DNA of 23,935 nucleotides from a virus. Lineage: Duplodnaviria; Heunggongvirae; Uroviricota; Caudoviricetes. The notes beneath the pieces were generated by a model. The model was not told the DNA's origin. It worked only from the letters and a program-made list of their open reading frames with translations, and did not search any database. Positions 1 through 11,990 of the stretch are shown here, one piece after another. The first letter of the stretch is position 1. Each line of letters begins with the position of its first letter. Both the position numbers and the translations under genes were made by a program. Where the stretch lies: positions 1 to 23,935 of IMG/VR virus record IMGVR_UViG_2563366864_000005. The stretch is one strand, 5' to 3'.

Positions 1-2267
<2,267 letters not shown>

Positions 2268-2287
<20 letters not shown>

Positions 2288-3587
2288 TCTCCCGCATATT
2301 GCCAGTATGGCTTTTAATGAGCCGCTGATGCTTGAACCCGCCTATGCGCGGGTTTTCTTTTGTGCGCTTGCAGGCCAGCTTGGGATCAGCCGCCTGACGG
2401 ATGCGGTGTCCGGCGACAGCCTGACTGCCGGAGAGGCACCCGCGGCGCTGGCGTTATCCGTTGATGATGACGGACCACGACAGGCCCGCAGTTATCAGGT
2501 CATGAACGGCATCGCCGTGCTGCCGGTGTCCGGCACGCTGGTCAGTCGGACGCGGGCGCTGCAGCCGTATTCGGGGATGACCGGTTACAACGGCATTATC
2601 GCCCGTCTGCAACAGGCTGCCAGCGATCCGATGGTGGACGGCATTCTGCTCGATATGGATACGCCCGGCGGGATGGTGGCGGGGGCATTTGACTGCGCTG
2701 ACATCATCGCCCGTGTGCGTGACATAAAACCGGTATGGGCGCTGGCCAACGACATGAACTGCAGTGCAGGTCAGTTGCTTGCCAGTGCCGCCTCCCGGCG
2801 TCTGGTCACGCAGACCGCCCGGACAGGCTCCATCGGCGTCATGATGGCTCACAGTAATTACGGTGCTGCGCTGGAGAAACAGGGTGTGGAAATCACTCTG
2901 ATTTACAGCGGCAGCCATAAGGTGGATGGCAACCCCTACAGCCATCTTCCGGATGATGTCCGGGAGACACTGCAGTCCCGGATGGATGCAACCCGCCGGA
3001 TGTTTGCGCAGAAGGTGTCGGCATATACCGGCCTGTCCGTGCAGGCTGTGCTGGATACCGAGGCTGCAGTGTACAGCGGTCAGGAGGCCATTGATGCCGG
3101 ACTGGCTGATGAACTTGTTAACAGCACCGATGCGATCACCGTCATGCGTGATGCACTGGATGCACGTAAATCCCGTCTCTCAGGAGGGCGAATGACCAAA
3201 GAGACTCAATCAACAGCTGTTTCAGCCACTGCTTCGCAGGCTGACGTTACTGACGTGGTGCCAGCGACGGAGGGCGAGAACGCCAGCGCTGCGCAGCCGG
3301 ACGTGAACGCGCAGATCACCGCAGCGGTTGCGGCAGAAAACAGCCGCATTATGGGGATCCTCAACTGTGAGGAGGCTCACGGACGCGAAGAACAGGCACG
3401 CGTGCTGGCCGAAACCCCTGGTATGACCGTGGAAACGGCCCGCCGCATTCTGGCCGTTGCACCACAGAGTGCACAGGCGCGCAGTGACACTGCGCTGGAT
3501 CGTCTGATGCAGGGGGCACCGGCACCGCTGGCTGCAGGTAACCCGGCATCTGATGCCGTTAACGATTTGCTGAACACACCAGTGTAA
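2268..3587 (+). CDS. C: Prohead maturation protease / minor capsid protein C (S49, ClpP-like fold)
   Basis: ORF track opens at 2133, but the lambda-like N-terminus (V/M)TAELRNLPHIASMAFNEPLML begins at GTG 2268-2270, preceded by a gaggaggagaag Shine-Dalgarno; gives 439 aa as in lambda gpC; overlaps the 3' end of B by 20 nt. Confidence 0.88.
2982..3587 (+). CDS. nu3: Capsid scaffolding protein Nu3, in-frame internal start inside C sharing its stop
   Basis: ATG at 2982 is in frame with C (MDATRRMFAQKVSAYTGL...); 606 nt, same arrangement and size as lambda Nu3 nested in C. Confidence 0.75.
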   Translation: MDATRRMFAQKVSAYTGLSVQAVLDTEAAVYSGQEAIDAGLADELVNSTDAITVMRDALDARKSRLSGGRMTKETQSTAVSATASQADVTDVVPATEGENASAAQPDVNAQITAAVAAENSRIMGILNCEEAHGREEQARVLAETPGMTVETARRILAVAPQSAQARSDTALDRLMQGAPAPLAAGNPASDAVNDLLNTPV

Positions 3588-3596
3588 GGGATGTTT

Positions 3597-3929
3597 ATGA
3601 CGAGCAAAGAAACCTTTACCCATTACCAGCCGCTGGGCAACAGTGACCCGGCTCATACCGCAACCGCGCCCGGCGGATTGAGTGCGAAAGCGCCTGCAAT
3701 GACCCCGCTGATGCTGGACACCTCCACCCGTAAGCTGGTTGCGTGGGATGGCACCACCGACGGTGCTGCCGTTGGCATTCTTGCGGTTGCTGCTGACCAG
3801 ACCAGCACCACACTGACGTTCTACAAGTCCGGCACGTTCCGTTATGAGGATGTGCTCTGGCCGGAGGCTGCCAGCGACGAGACGAAAAAACGGACCGCGT
3901 TTGCCGGAACGGCAATCAGCATCGTTTAA
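3597..3929 (+). CDS. D: Head decoration protein D
   Basis: [42 protein letters not shown]...; 110 aa from the second ATG (3597) as in lambda gpD; first ATG at 3591 would add two residues. Confidence 0.93.
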   Translation: MTSKETFTHYQPLGNSDPAHTATAPGGLSAKAPAMTPLMLDTSTRKLVAWDGTTDGAAVGILAVAADQTSTTLTFYKSGTFRYEDVLWPEAASDETKKRTAFAGTAISIV

Positions 3930-3946
3930 CCTGACCCTTCATCACT

Positions 3947-3970
3947 AAAGGCCGCCTGTGCGGCTTTTTT
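3947..3970 (+). terminator. Intrinsic terminator-like hairpin between D and E
   Basis: gccgc(3951-3955) / ctgt loop / gcggc(3960-3964) followed by tttttt (3965-3970). Confidence 0.5.
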
Positions 3971-3983
3971 ACGGGATTTTTTT

Positions 3984-5009
3984 ATGTCGATGTACACAAC
4001 CGCCCAGCTGCTGGCGGCAAATGAGAAGAAATTTAAGTTTGATCCGCTGTTTCTGCGTCTCTTTTTCCGTGAGAGCTATCCCTTCACCACGGAGAAAGTC
4101 TATCTCTCACAAATTCCGGGACTGGTAAACATGGCGCTGTACGTTTCGCCGATTGTTTCCGGTGAGGTTATCCGCTCCCGTGGCGGCTCCACCTCCGAAT
4201 TTACGCCGGGATATGTCAAGCCGAAGCATGAGGTGAATCCGCAGATGACCCTGCGTCGCCTGCCGGATGAAGATCCACAGAATCTGGCAGACCCGGCTTA
4301 CCGCCGCCGTCGCATCATCATGCAGAACATGCGAGACGAAGAGCTGGCCATTGCTCAGGTCGAAGAGATGCAGGCCGTTTCTGCCGTGCTTAAGGGCAAA
4401 TACACCATGACCGGTGAAGCCTTCGATCCGGTTGAGGTGGATATGGGCCGCAGTGCGGCGAATAACATCACGCAGTCCGGCGGCACGGAGTGGAGCAAGC
4501 GTGACAAGTCCACGTATGACCCGACCGACGATATCGAAGCCTACGCGCTGAACGCCAGCGGCGTGGTGAATATCATCGTGTTTGATCCGAAAGGTTGGGC
4601 GCTGTTCCGTTCCTTCAAAGCCGTCAAGGAGAAGCTGGATACCCGTCGCGGCTCTAATTCCGAGCTGGAGACAGCGGTAAAAGACCTGGGCGAAGCGGTG
4701 TCCTATAAGGGGATGTATGGCGATACGGCGATCGTCGTGTATTCCGGACAGTACGTGGAAAACGACGTCAAAAAGAACTTTCTGCCGGACAACACGATGG
4801 TGCTGGGGAACACTCAGGCACGCGGTCTGCGCACCTATGGATGCATTCAGGATGCGGACGCACAGCGCGAAGGTATTAACGCCTCTGCCCGCTACCCGAA
4901 AAACTGGGTGACCACCGGCGATCCGGCGCGTGAGTTCACCATGATTCAGTCAGCACCGCTGATGCTGCTGGCTGACCCTGATGCGTTCGTGTCCGTACAA
5001 CTGGCGTAA
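3984..5009 (+). CDS. E: Major capsid protein E
   Basis: 341 aa, MSMYTTAQLLAANEKKFKFDPLFLRLFFRESYPFTTEKVYL...; lambda gpE homologue, same length. Confidence 0.97.
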   Translation: MSMYTTAQLLAANEKKFKFDPLFLRLFFRESYPFTTEKVYLSQIPGLVNMALYVSPIVSGEVIRSRGGSTSEFTPGYVKPKHEVNPQMTLRRLPDEDPQNLADPAYRRRRIIMQNMRDEELAIAQVEEMQAVSAVLKGKYTMTGEAFDPVEVDMGRSAANNITQSGGTEWSKRDKSTYDPTDDIEAYALNASGVVNIIVFDPKGWALFRSFKAVKEKLDTRRGSNSELETAVKDLGEAVSYKGMYGDTAIVVYSGQYVENDVKKNFLPDNTMVLGNTQARGLRTYGCIQDADAQREGINASARYPKNWVTTGDPAREFTMIQSAPLMLLADPDAFVSVQLA

Positions 5010-5015
5010 TCATGG

Positions 5016-5044
5016 CCCTTCGGGGCCATTGTTTCTCTGTGGAG
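5016..5044 (+). terminator. Hairpin with UUCG tetraloop plus T-rich tail, directly after E
   Basis: atggccc(5016-5022) / ttcg / gggccat(5027-5033) then tgtttctctgt; candidate partial terminator or stability element. Confidence 0.4.
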
Positions 5045-5050
5045 GAGTCC

Positions 5051-5440
5051 ATGACGAAAGATGAGCTGATTGCCCGTCTCCGCTCGCTGGGTGAACAACT
5101 GAACCGTGATGTCAGCCTGACGGGGACGAAAGAAGAACTTGCGCTCCGTGTGGCAGAGCTGGAAGAGGAGCTTGATGACACTGTCGATCAGGATACCCCT
5201 ATCAGCCCGGAAAATGCGCTGACCGGGCATGAAAATGAGGTGGTATCAGCGCAGCCGGATACCGTGATTCAGGATACTGCTGAACTGGTCACGGTCGTGG
5301 CACTGGTGACGCTGCATACCGATGCACTTCACGCCACGCGGGATGAACCTGTGGCATTTGTGCTGCCGGGAACGGCGTTTCGTGTCTCTGCCGGTGTGGC
5401 AGCCGAAATGACAGAACGTGGCCTGGCCAGAATGCAATAA
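5051..5440 (+). CDS. FI: DNA packaging protein FI
   Basis: ORF track starts at 5012, but the lambda-like N-terminus MTKDELIARLRSLGEQLNRDVSLTGTKEELALRVAEL begins at ATG 5051 with ggaggag Shine-Dalgarno 7 nt upstream. Confidence 0.9.
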   Translation: MTKDELIARLRSLGEQLNRDVSLTGTKEELALRVAELEEELDDTVDQDTPISPENALTGHENEVVSAQPDTVIQDTAELVTVVALVTLHTDALHATRDEPVAFVLPGTAFRVSAGVAAEMTERGLARMQ

Positions 5441-5451
5441 CGGGAGGCGCT

Positions 5452-5805
5452 GTGGCTGATTTCGATAACCTGTTCGATGCTGCCATTGCCCGCGCCGATG
5501 AAACGATACGCGGGTACATGGGAACGTCAGCCACCATGACATCCGGTGAGCAGTCCGGTGCTGTGATACGTGGTGTTTTTGATGACCCTGAAAATATCAG
5601 CTATGCCGGACAGGGCGTGCGCGTTGAAGGCTCCAGCCCGTCCCTGTTTGTCCGGACTGATGATGTGCGGCAGCTGCGGCGCGGCGACACGCTGACCATC
5701 GGTGAGGAAAACTTCTGGATAGACCGGATTTCGCCGGATGATGGCGGAAGCTGTCATCTCTGGCTTGGGCGTGGCGTGCCGCCTGCCGTTAACCGTCGTC
5801 GCTGA
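5452..5805 (+). CDS. FII: Head-tail joining protein FII
   Basis: 117 aa, MADFDNLFDAAIARADETIRGYMGTSATMTSGEQSGAVIRGVF...; matches lambda gpFII in length and sequence. Confidence 0.93.
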   Translation: MADFDNLFDAAIARADETIRGYMGTSATMTSGEQSGAVIRGVFDDPENISYAGQGVRVEGSSPSLFVRTDDVRQLRRGDTLTIGEENFWIDRISPDDGGSCHLWLGRGVPPAVNRRR

Positions 5806-5816
5806 AAGGGGGATGT

Positions 5817-6395
5817 ATGGCCATAAAAGGTCTTGAGCAGGCCGTTGAAAACCTCAGCCGTATCAGCAGAACGGCGGTGCCTGGTGCGTCCGCAATGGCC
5901 ATTAACCGCGTTGCTTCATCCGCGATATCGCAGTCGGCGGCACAGGTTGCCCGTGAGACAAAGGTACGCCGGAAACTGGTAAAGGAAAGGGCCAGGCTGA
6001 AAAGGGCCACGGTCAAAAATCCGCAGGCCAGAATCAAGGTTAACCGGGGGGATTTGCCCGTAATCAAGCTGGGGAATGCGCGGGTTGTCCTGTCCCGCCG
6101 CAGGCGTCGTAAAAAGGGGCAGCGTTCATCCCTGAAAGGTGGCGGTAGCGTGCTTGTGGTGGGAAACCGTCGTATTCCCGGCGCGTTTATTCAGCAACTG
6201 AAAAATGGCCGGTGGCATGTCATGCAGCGTGTGGCCGGGAAAAACCGTTACCCCATTGATGTGGTGAAAATCCCGATGGCGGTGCCGCTGACCACGGCGT
6301 TTAAACAGAATATTGAGCGGATACGGCGTGAACGTCTTCCGAAAGAGCTGGGCTATGCGCTGCAGCATCAACTGAGAATGGTAATAAAGCGATGA
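5817..6395 (+). CDS. Z: Tail completion protein Z
   Basis: 192 aa, MAIKGLEQAVENLSRISRTAVPGASAMAINRVASSAISQ...; lambda gpZ homologue. Confidence 0.93.
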   Translation: MAIKGLEQAVENLSRISRTAVPGASAMAINRVASSAISQSAAQVARETKVRRKLVKERARLKRATVKNPQARIKVNRGDLPVIKLGNARVVLSRRRRRKKGQRSSLKGGGSVLVVGNRRIPGAFIQQLKNGRWHVMQRVAGKNRYPIDVVKIPMAVPLTTAFKQNIERIRRERLPKELGYALQHQLRMVIKR

Positions 6396-6787
6396 AACAT
6401 ACTGAACTCCGTGCAGCCGTACTGGATGCACTGGAGAAGCATGACACCGGGGCGACGCTTTTTGATGGTCGCCCCGCTGTTTTTGATGAGGCGGATTTTC
6501 CGGCAGTTGCCGTTTATCTCACCGGCGCTGAATACACGGGCGAAGAGCTGGACAGCGATACCTGGCAGGCGGAGCTGCATATCGAAGTTTTCCTGCCTGC
6601 TCAGGTGCCGGATTCAGAGCTGGATGCGTGGATGGAGTCCCGGATTTATCCGGTGATGAGCGATATCCCGGCACTGTCAGATTTGATCACCAGTATGGTG
6701 GCCAGTGGCTATGACTACCGGCGCGACGATGATGCGGGCCTGTGGAGTTCAGCCGATCTGACGTATGTCATTACCTATGAAATGTGA
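6392..6787 (+). CDS. U: Tail terminator protein U
   Basis: 131 aa, [54 protein letters not shown]...; ATGA overlap with Z. Confidence 0.95.
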   Translation: MKHTELRAAVLDALEKHDTGATLFDGRPAVFDEADFPAVAVYLTGAEYTGEELDSDTWQAELHIEVFLPAQVPDSELDAWMESRIYPVMSDIPALSDLITSMVASGYDYRRDDDAGLWSSADLTYVITYEM

Positions 6788-6794
6788 GGACGAT

Positions 6795-7535
6795 ATGCCA
6801 ACACCAAATCCTCTGGCACCGGTGAAAGGGGCCGGAACCACCCTGTGGGTTTATAAGGGGAACGGTGACCCTTATGCGAACCCGCTTTCAGACGTTGACT
6901 GGTCGCGTCTGGCAAAAGTTAAAGACCTGACGCCCGGCGAACTGACCGCAGAGTCCTATGACGACAGTTATCTCGATGATGAAGATCCGGACTGGGCCGC
7001 GACCGGGCAGGGGCAGAAATCCGCCGGAGATACCAGCTTCACGCTGGCGTGGATGCCCGGAGAGCAGGGGCAGCAGGCGCTGCTGGCGTGGTTTAATGAA
7101 GGTGATACCCGTGCCTATAAAATCCGCTTCCCGAACGGCACGGTCGATGTGTTCCGTGGCTGGGTCAGCAGTATCGGTAAGGCGGTGACAGCGAAGGAAG
7201 TGATCACCCGTACGGTGAAGGTCACCAATGTGGGACGTCCGTCGATGGCAGAAGATCGCAGCACGGTAACAGCGGCAACCGGCATGACCGTGACGCCTGC
7301 CAGCACCTCGGTGGTTAAAGGGCAGAGCACGACGCTGACCGTGGCATTCCAGCCGGAAGGCGCAACCGACAAGAGCTTCCGTGCGGTGTCTGCGGATAAA
7401 ACAAAAGCCACCGTGTCGGTCAGTGGTATGACCATCACCGTGAAAGGTGTTGCTGCAGGCAAGGTCAACATTCCGGTCGTATCCGGTAATGGTGAGTTTG
7501 CTGCGGTTGCAGAAATCAACGTCACCGCCAGTTAA
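6795..7535 (+). CDS. V: Major tail tube protein V with C-terminal Ig-like domain
   Basis: ORF track starts 6765, but lambda-like N-terminus [22 protein letters not shown] begins at ATG 6795 (gagga Shine-Dalgarno); 246 aa as lambda gpV. Confidence 0.94.
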   Translation: MPTPNPLAPVKGAGTTLWVYKGNGDPYANPLSDVDWSRLAKVKDLTPGELTAESYDDSYLDDEDPDWAATGQGQKSAGDTSFTLAWMPGEQGQQALLAWFNEGDTRAYKIRFPNGTVDVFRGWVSSIGKAVTAKEVITRTVKVTNVGRPSMAEDRSTVTAATGMTVTPASTSVVKGQSTTLTVAFQPEGATDKSFRAVSADKTKATVSVSGMTITVKGVAAGKVNIPVVSGNGEFAAVAEINVTAS

Positions 7536-7550
7536 TCCGGAGAATCAGCG

Positions 7551-7973
7551 ATGTTCCTGAAAACCGAATCATTTGAACATAACGGCGTGACCGTCACGCT
7601 TTCTGAACTGTCAGCCCTGCAGCGTATTGAGCATCTCGCCCTGATGAAACGACAGGCAGAACAGGCGGACTCCGACAGCAACCAACAGGTTGCTTTGGCA
7701 GACCTTATCAGAACCGGTGCTTTTGTGGTGGCGATGTCCCTGTGGCATAACCATCCGAAGAAGACGCAGATGCCGTCCATGAATGAAGCCGTTAAACAGA
7801 TTGAGCAGGAAGTGCTTACCACCTGGCCCGCGGAGGCAATTTCTCATGCTGAAAACGTGGTGTACCGGCTGTCCGGTATGTATGAGTTTGTGGTGAATGA
7901 TGCTCCTGAACAGACAGAGGACGCCGGGCCTGCAGAGCCTGTTTCTGCGGGAAAGTGTTCGACGGTGAGCTGA
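7551..7973 (+). CDS. G: Tail assembly chaperone G
   Basis: 140 aa, MFLKTESFEHNGVTVTLSELSALQRIEHLALMKRQAEQ...; lambda gpG homologue. Confidence 0.93.
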   Translation: MFLKTESFEHNGVTVTLSELSALQRIEHLALMKRQAEQADSDSNQQVALADLIRTGAFVVAMSLWHNHPKKTQMPSMNEAVKQIEQEVLTTWPAEAISHAENVVYRLSGMYEFVVNDAPEQTEDAGPAEPVSAGKCSTVS

Positions 7974-8389
7974 GTTTTGCCCTGAAACTGGCGCGAGAGA
8001 TGGGGCGACCCGACTGGCGCGCCATGCTTGCCGGGATGTCATCCACGGAGTACGCCGACTGGCACCGCTTTTACAGTACCCATTATTTTCATGATGTTCT
8101 GCTGGATATGCACTTTTCCGGGCTGACGTACACCGTACTCAGCCTGTTTTTCAGCGATCCGGATATGCATCCGCTGGATTTCAGTCTGCTGAACCGGCGC
8201 GAGGCTGACGAAGAGCCTGAAGATGATGTGCTGATGCAGAAAGCGGCAGGGCTTGCCGGAGGTGTCCGCTTTGGTCCGGACGGGAATGAAGTTATCCGCG
8301 CTTCCCCGGATGTGGCTGACATGACGGAGGATGACGTAATGCTGATGACAGTATCAGAAGGGATCGCAGGAGGAGTCCGGTATGGCTGA
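7551..8389 (+). CDS. Tail assembly protein G-T, made by programmed -1 ribosomal frameshift from G into the T frame
   Basis: Slippery heptamer G GGA AAG at 7949-7955 is in the G frame, 6 codons before the G stop; the -1 frame continues as GKVFDGELSFALKLAREMGRPDWRAMLAGMSS... to the stop at 8389, matching lambda gpT; the T frame has no credible start of its own. Confidence 0.8.
7949..7955 (+). other. Slippery heptanucleotide GGGAAAG for the G to G-T -1 frameshift
   Basis: Sequence gcgGGGAAAGtg at 7946-7957; codons GGA and AAG are in the G frame. Confidence 0.8.
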
Positions 8390-10961
8390 ACCGGTAGGCG
8401 ATCTGGTCGTTGATTTGAGTCTGGATGCGGCCAGATTTGACGAGCAGATGGCCAGAGTCAGGCGTCATTTTTCCGGTACGGAAAGTGATGCGAAAAAAAC
8501 AGCGGCAGTCGTTGAACAGTCTCTGAGCCGACAGGCGCTGGCTGCACAGAAAGCGGGGATTTCCGTCGGGCAGTATAAAGCTGCCATGCGTATGCTGCCT
8601 GCGCAGTTCACCGACGTGGCCACGCAGCTTGCAGGCGGGCAAAGTCCGTGGCTGATCCTGCTGCAACAGGGTGGTCAGGTGAAGGACTCCTTCGGCGGGA
8701 TGATCCCCATGTTCAGGGGGCTTGCCGGTGCGATCACCCTGCCGATGGTGGGGGCCACCTCGCTGGCGGTGGCGACCGGTGCGCTGGCGTATGCCTGGTA
8801 TCAGGGCAACTCAACCCTGTCCGATTTCAACAAAACGCTGGTCCTTTCCGGCAATCAGTCGGGTCTGACGGCAGATCGTATGCTGGTCCTGTCCAGAGCC
8901 GGGCAGGCGGCAGGGCTGACGTTTAACCAGACCAGCGAGTCACTCAGCGCACTGGTTAAGGCGGGAGTAAGCGGTGAGACTCAGATTGCATCCATCAGCC
9001 AGAGTGTGGCGCGTTTCTCCTCTGCATCCGGCGTGGAGGTGGACAAGGTTGCTGAAGCCTTCGGGAAGCTGACCACAGACCCGACGTCGGGGCTGACGGC
9101 GATGGCGCGCCAGTTCCATAACGTGACGGCGGAGCAGATTGCGTATGTCGCTCAGTTGCAGCGTTCCGGCGATGAAGCCGGGGCATTGCAGGCGGCGAAC
9201 GAGGCCGCAACGAAAGGGTTTGATGACCAGACCCGCCGCCTGAAAGAGAACATGGGCACGCTGGAGACCTGGGCAGACAGGACAGCACGGGCATTCAAAT
9301 CCATGTGGGATTCGGTGCTGGATATTGGTCGCCCGGACACTGCCCAGGAAATGCTGGAGAAAGCAGAAAAGGCTTTTGATGAGGCGGACAAAAAATGGCA
9401 GTGGTATCAGAGCCGGAGCCACCGGCGCGGTAAAACCTCAGCATTTCTTGCCAATCTCCGGGGAGCATGGGAGGACAGAGCGAATGCGCAACTTGGGCTT
9501 TCAGCCGCCACGTTGCAGGCCGATCTTGAAAAGGCCAGAGAGATGGCAGCAAAGGACTGGGCCGAGTCTGAGGCATCACGGCTGAAATATACCGAAGAGG
9601 CGCAGAAGGCTTACGAACGCCTGCAGACGCCGCTGGAGAAATATACCGCCCGTCAGGAAGAACTGAACAAGGCACTGAAAGACGGAAAAATCCTGCAGGC
9701 AGATTACAACACGCTGATGGCGGCGGCGAAAAAGGATTATGAAGCGACGCTGAAAAAGCCGAAACAGTCCGGCGTGAAGGTGTCTGCGGGCGATCGTCAG
9801 GAAGACAGAGCTCATGCCGCCCTGCTGACGCTTCAGGCAGAACTCCGGACGCTGGAGAAGCATGCCGGAGCGAATGAGAAAATCAGCCAGCAGCGCCGGG
9901 ATTTGTGGAAAGCGGAAAATCAGTTCGCAGTACTGGAGGAGGCGGCACAACGTCGCCAGCTGTCTGCACAGGAGAAATCCCTGCTGGCGCATAAAGATGA
10001 GACGCTGGAGTACAAACGCCAGCTGGCTGCACTTGGCGACAAGGTTACGTATCAGGAGCGCCTGAACGCGCTGGCGCAGCAGGCGGATAAATTCGCACAG
10101 CAGCAACGGGCAAAACGGGCCGCCATTGATGCGAAAAGCCGGGGGCTGACTGACCGGCAGGCAGCGCGGGAAGCCACGGAACAGCGCCTGAAGGAACAGT
10201 ATGGCGATAATCCGCTGGCGCTGAATAACGTCATGTCAGAGCAGAAAAAGACCTGGGCGGCTGAAGACCAGCTTCGCGGGAGCTGGATGGCAGGCCTGAA
10301 GTCAGGCTGGAGTGAGTGGGAAGAGAGCGCCACGGACAGTATGTCGCAGGTTAAAAGTGCAGCCACGCAGACCTTTGATGGTATTGCACAGAATATGGCG
10401 GCGATGCTGACCGGCAGTGAACAGAACTGGCGCAGCTTCACCCGTTCCGTGCTATCCATGATGACAGAAATTCTGCTTAAGCAGGCAATGGTGGGGATTG
10501 TCGGGAGTATCGGCAGCGCCATTGGCGGGGCTGTTGGTGGCGGCGCATCCGCGTCAGGCGGTACAGCCATTCAGGCCGCTGCGGCGAAATTCCATTTTGC
10601 AACCGGAGGATTTACGGGAACCGGCGGCAAATATGAGCCAGCGGGGATTGTTCACCGTGGTGAGTTTGTCTTTACGAAGGAGGCAACCAGCCGGATTGGC
10701 GTGGGGAATCTTTACCGGCTGATGCGCGGCTATGCCACCGGCGGTTATGTCGGTACACCGGGCAGCATGGCAGACAGCCGGTCGCAGGCGTCCGGGACGT
10801 TTGAGCAGAATAACCATGTGGTGATTAACAACGACGGCACGAACGGGCAGATAGGTCCGGCTGCTCTGAAGGCGGTGTATGACATGGCCCGCAAGGGTGC
10901 CCGTGATGAAATTCAGACACAGATGCGTGATGGTGGCCTGTTCTCCGGAGGTGGACGATGA
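8382..10961 (+). CDS. H: Tail tape measure protein H
   Basis: 859 aa, MAEPVGDLVVDLSLDAARFDEQMARVRRHFSG...; coiled-coil rich middle, glycine-rich C-terminal region; lambda gpH homologue (recalled as 853 aa). Confidence 0.95.
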   Translation: MAEPVGDLVVDLSLDAARFDEQMARVRRHFSGTESDAKKTAAVVEQSLSRQALAAQKAGISVGQYKAAMRMLPAQFTDVATQLAGGQSPWLILLQQGGQVKDSFGGMIPMFRGLAGAITLPMVGATSLAVATGALAYAWYQGNSTLSDFNKTLVLSGNQSGLTADRMLVLSRAGQAAGLTFNQTSESLSALVKAGVSGETQIASISQSVARFSSASGVEVDKVAEAFGKLTTDPTSGLTAMARQFHNVTAEQIAYVAQLQRSGDEAGALQAANEAATKGFDDQTRRLKENMGTLETWADRTARAFKSMWDSVLDIGRPDTAQEMLEKAEKAFDEADKKWQWYQSRSHRRGKTSAFLANLRGAWEDRANAQLGLSAATLQADLEKAREMAAKDWAESEASRLKYTEEAQKAYERLQTPLEKYTARQEELNKALKDGKILQADYNTLMAAAKKDYEATLKKPKQSGVKVSAGDRQEDRAHAALLTLQAELRTLEKHAGANEKISQQRRDLWKAENQFAVLEEAAQRRQLSAQEKSLLAHKDETLEYKRQLAALGDKVTYQERLNALAQQADKFAQQQRAKRAAIDAKSRGLTDRQAAREATEQRLKEQYGDNPLALNNVMSEQKKTWAAEDQLRGSWMAGLKSGWSEWEESATDSMSQVKSAATQTFDGIAQNMAAMLTGSEQNWRSFTRSVLSMMTEILLKQAMVGIVGSIGSAIGGAVGGGASASGGTAIQAAAAKFHFATGGFTGTGGKYEPAGIVHRGEFVFTKEATSRIGVGNLYRLMRGYATGGYVGTPGSMADSRSQASGTFEQNNHVVINNDGTNGQIGPAALKAVYDMARKGARDEIQTQMRDGGLFSGGGR

Positions 10962-11287
10962 AGACCTTCCGCTGGAAAGTGAAACCCGGTATGGATGTGG
11001 CTTCGGTCCCTTCTGTAAGAAAGGTGCGCTTTGGTGATGGCTATTCTCAGCGAGCGCCTGCCGGGCTGAATGCCAACCTGAAAACGTACAGCGTGACGCT
11101 TTCTGTCCCCCGTGAGGAGGCCACGGTACTGGAGTCGTTTCTGGAAGAGCACGGGGGCTGGAAATCCTTTCTGTGGACGCCGCCTTATGAGTGGCGGCAG
11201 ATAAAGGTGACCTGCGCAAAATGGTCGTCGCGGGTCAGTATGCTGCGTGTTGAGTTCAGCGCAGAGTTTGAACAGGTGGTGAACTGA
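10958..11287 (+). CDS. M: Minor tail protein M
   Basis: 109 aa, MKTFRWKVKPGMDVASVPSVRKVRFGDGYSQRAPAGLNANLKTYS...; ATGA overlap with H. Confidence 0.95.
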   Translation: MKTFRWKVKPGMDVASVPSVRKVRFGDGYSQRAPAGLNANLKTYSVTLSVPREEATVLESFLEEHGGWKSFLWTPPYEWRQIKVTCAKWSSRVSMLRVEFSAEFEQVVN

Positions 11288-11985
11288 TGCAGGATATCCG
11301 GCAGGAAACACTGAATGAATGCACCCGTGCGGAGCAGTCGGCCAGCGTGGTGCTCTGGGAAATCGACCTGACAGAGGTCGGTGGAGAACGTTATTTTTTC
11401 TGTAATGAGCAGAACGAAAAAGGTGAGCCGGTCACCTGGCAGGGGCGACAGTATCAGCCGTATCCCATTCAGGGGAGCGGTTTTGAACTGAATGGCAAAG
11501 GCACCAGTACGCGCCCCACGCTGACGGTTTCTAACCTGTACGGTATGGTCACCGGGATGGCGGAAGATCTGCAGAGTCTGGTCGGCGGAACGGTGGTCCG
11601 GCGTAAGGTTTACGCCCGTTTTCTGGATGCGGTGAACTTCGTCAACGGAAACAGTGACGCCGATCCGGAGCAGGAGGTAATCAGCCGCTGGCGCATCGAG
11701 CAGTGCAGCGAACTGAGCGCGGTGAGTGCCTCCTTTGTACTGTCCACGCCGACGGAAACGGATGGCGCTGTTTTTCCGGGACGTATCATGCTGGCCAACA
11801 CCTGCACCTGGACCTATCGCGGTGACGAGTGCGGTTATAGCGGTCCGGCTGTCGCGGATGAATATGACCAGCCGACGTCCGATATCACGAAGGATAAATG
11901 CAGCAAATGCCTGAGTGGCTGTAAGTTCCGCAATAACGTCGGCAACTTTGGCGGCTTCCTTTCCATTAACAAACTTTCGCAGTAA
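11287..11985 (+). CDS. L: Minor tail protein L
   Basis: 232 aa, MQDIRQETLNECTRAEQSASVVLWEIDLTEVGGERYFF...; cysteine cluster near the C-terminus (CTWTYRGDECGY...CSKCLSGC) as in lambda gpL. Confidence 0.95.
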   Translation: MQDIRQETLNECTRAEQSASVVLWEIDLTEVGGERYFFCNEQNEKGEPVTWQGRQYQPYPIQGSGFELNGKGTSTRPTLTVSNLYGMVTGMAEDLQSLVGGTVVRRKVYARFLDAVNFVNGNSDADPEQEVISRWRIEQCSELSAVSASFVLSTPTETDGAVFPGRIMLANTCTWTYRGDECGYSGPAVADEYDQPTSDITKDKCSKCLSGCKFRNNVGNFGGFLSINKLSQ

Positions 11986-11990
11986 ATCCC

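Noticed and set aside
8940-11311. Several 100-220-aa - strand ORFs inside H and M (for example 8940-9422, 10052-10570, 10554-11219)
   Set aside because: All lie antisense to well-supported tape-measure and tail genes and show the biased composition expected of shadow frames.
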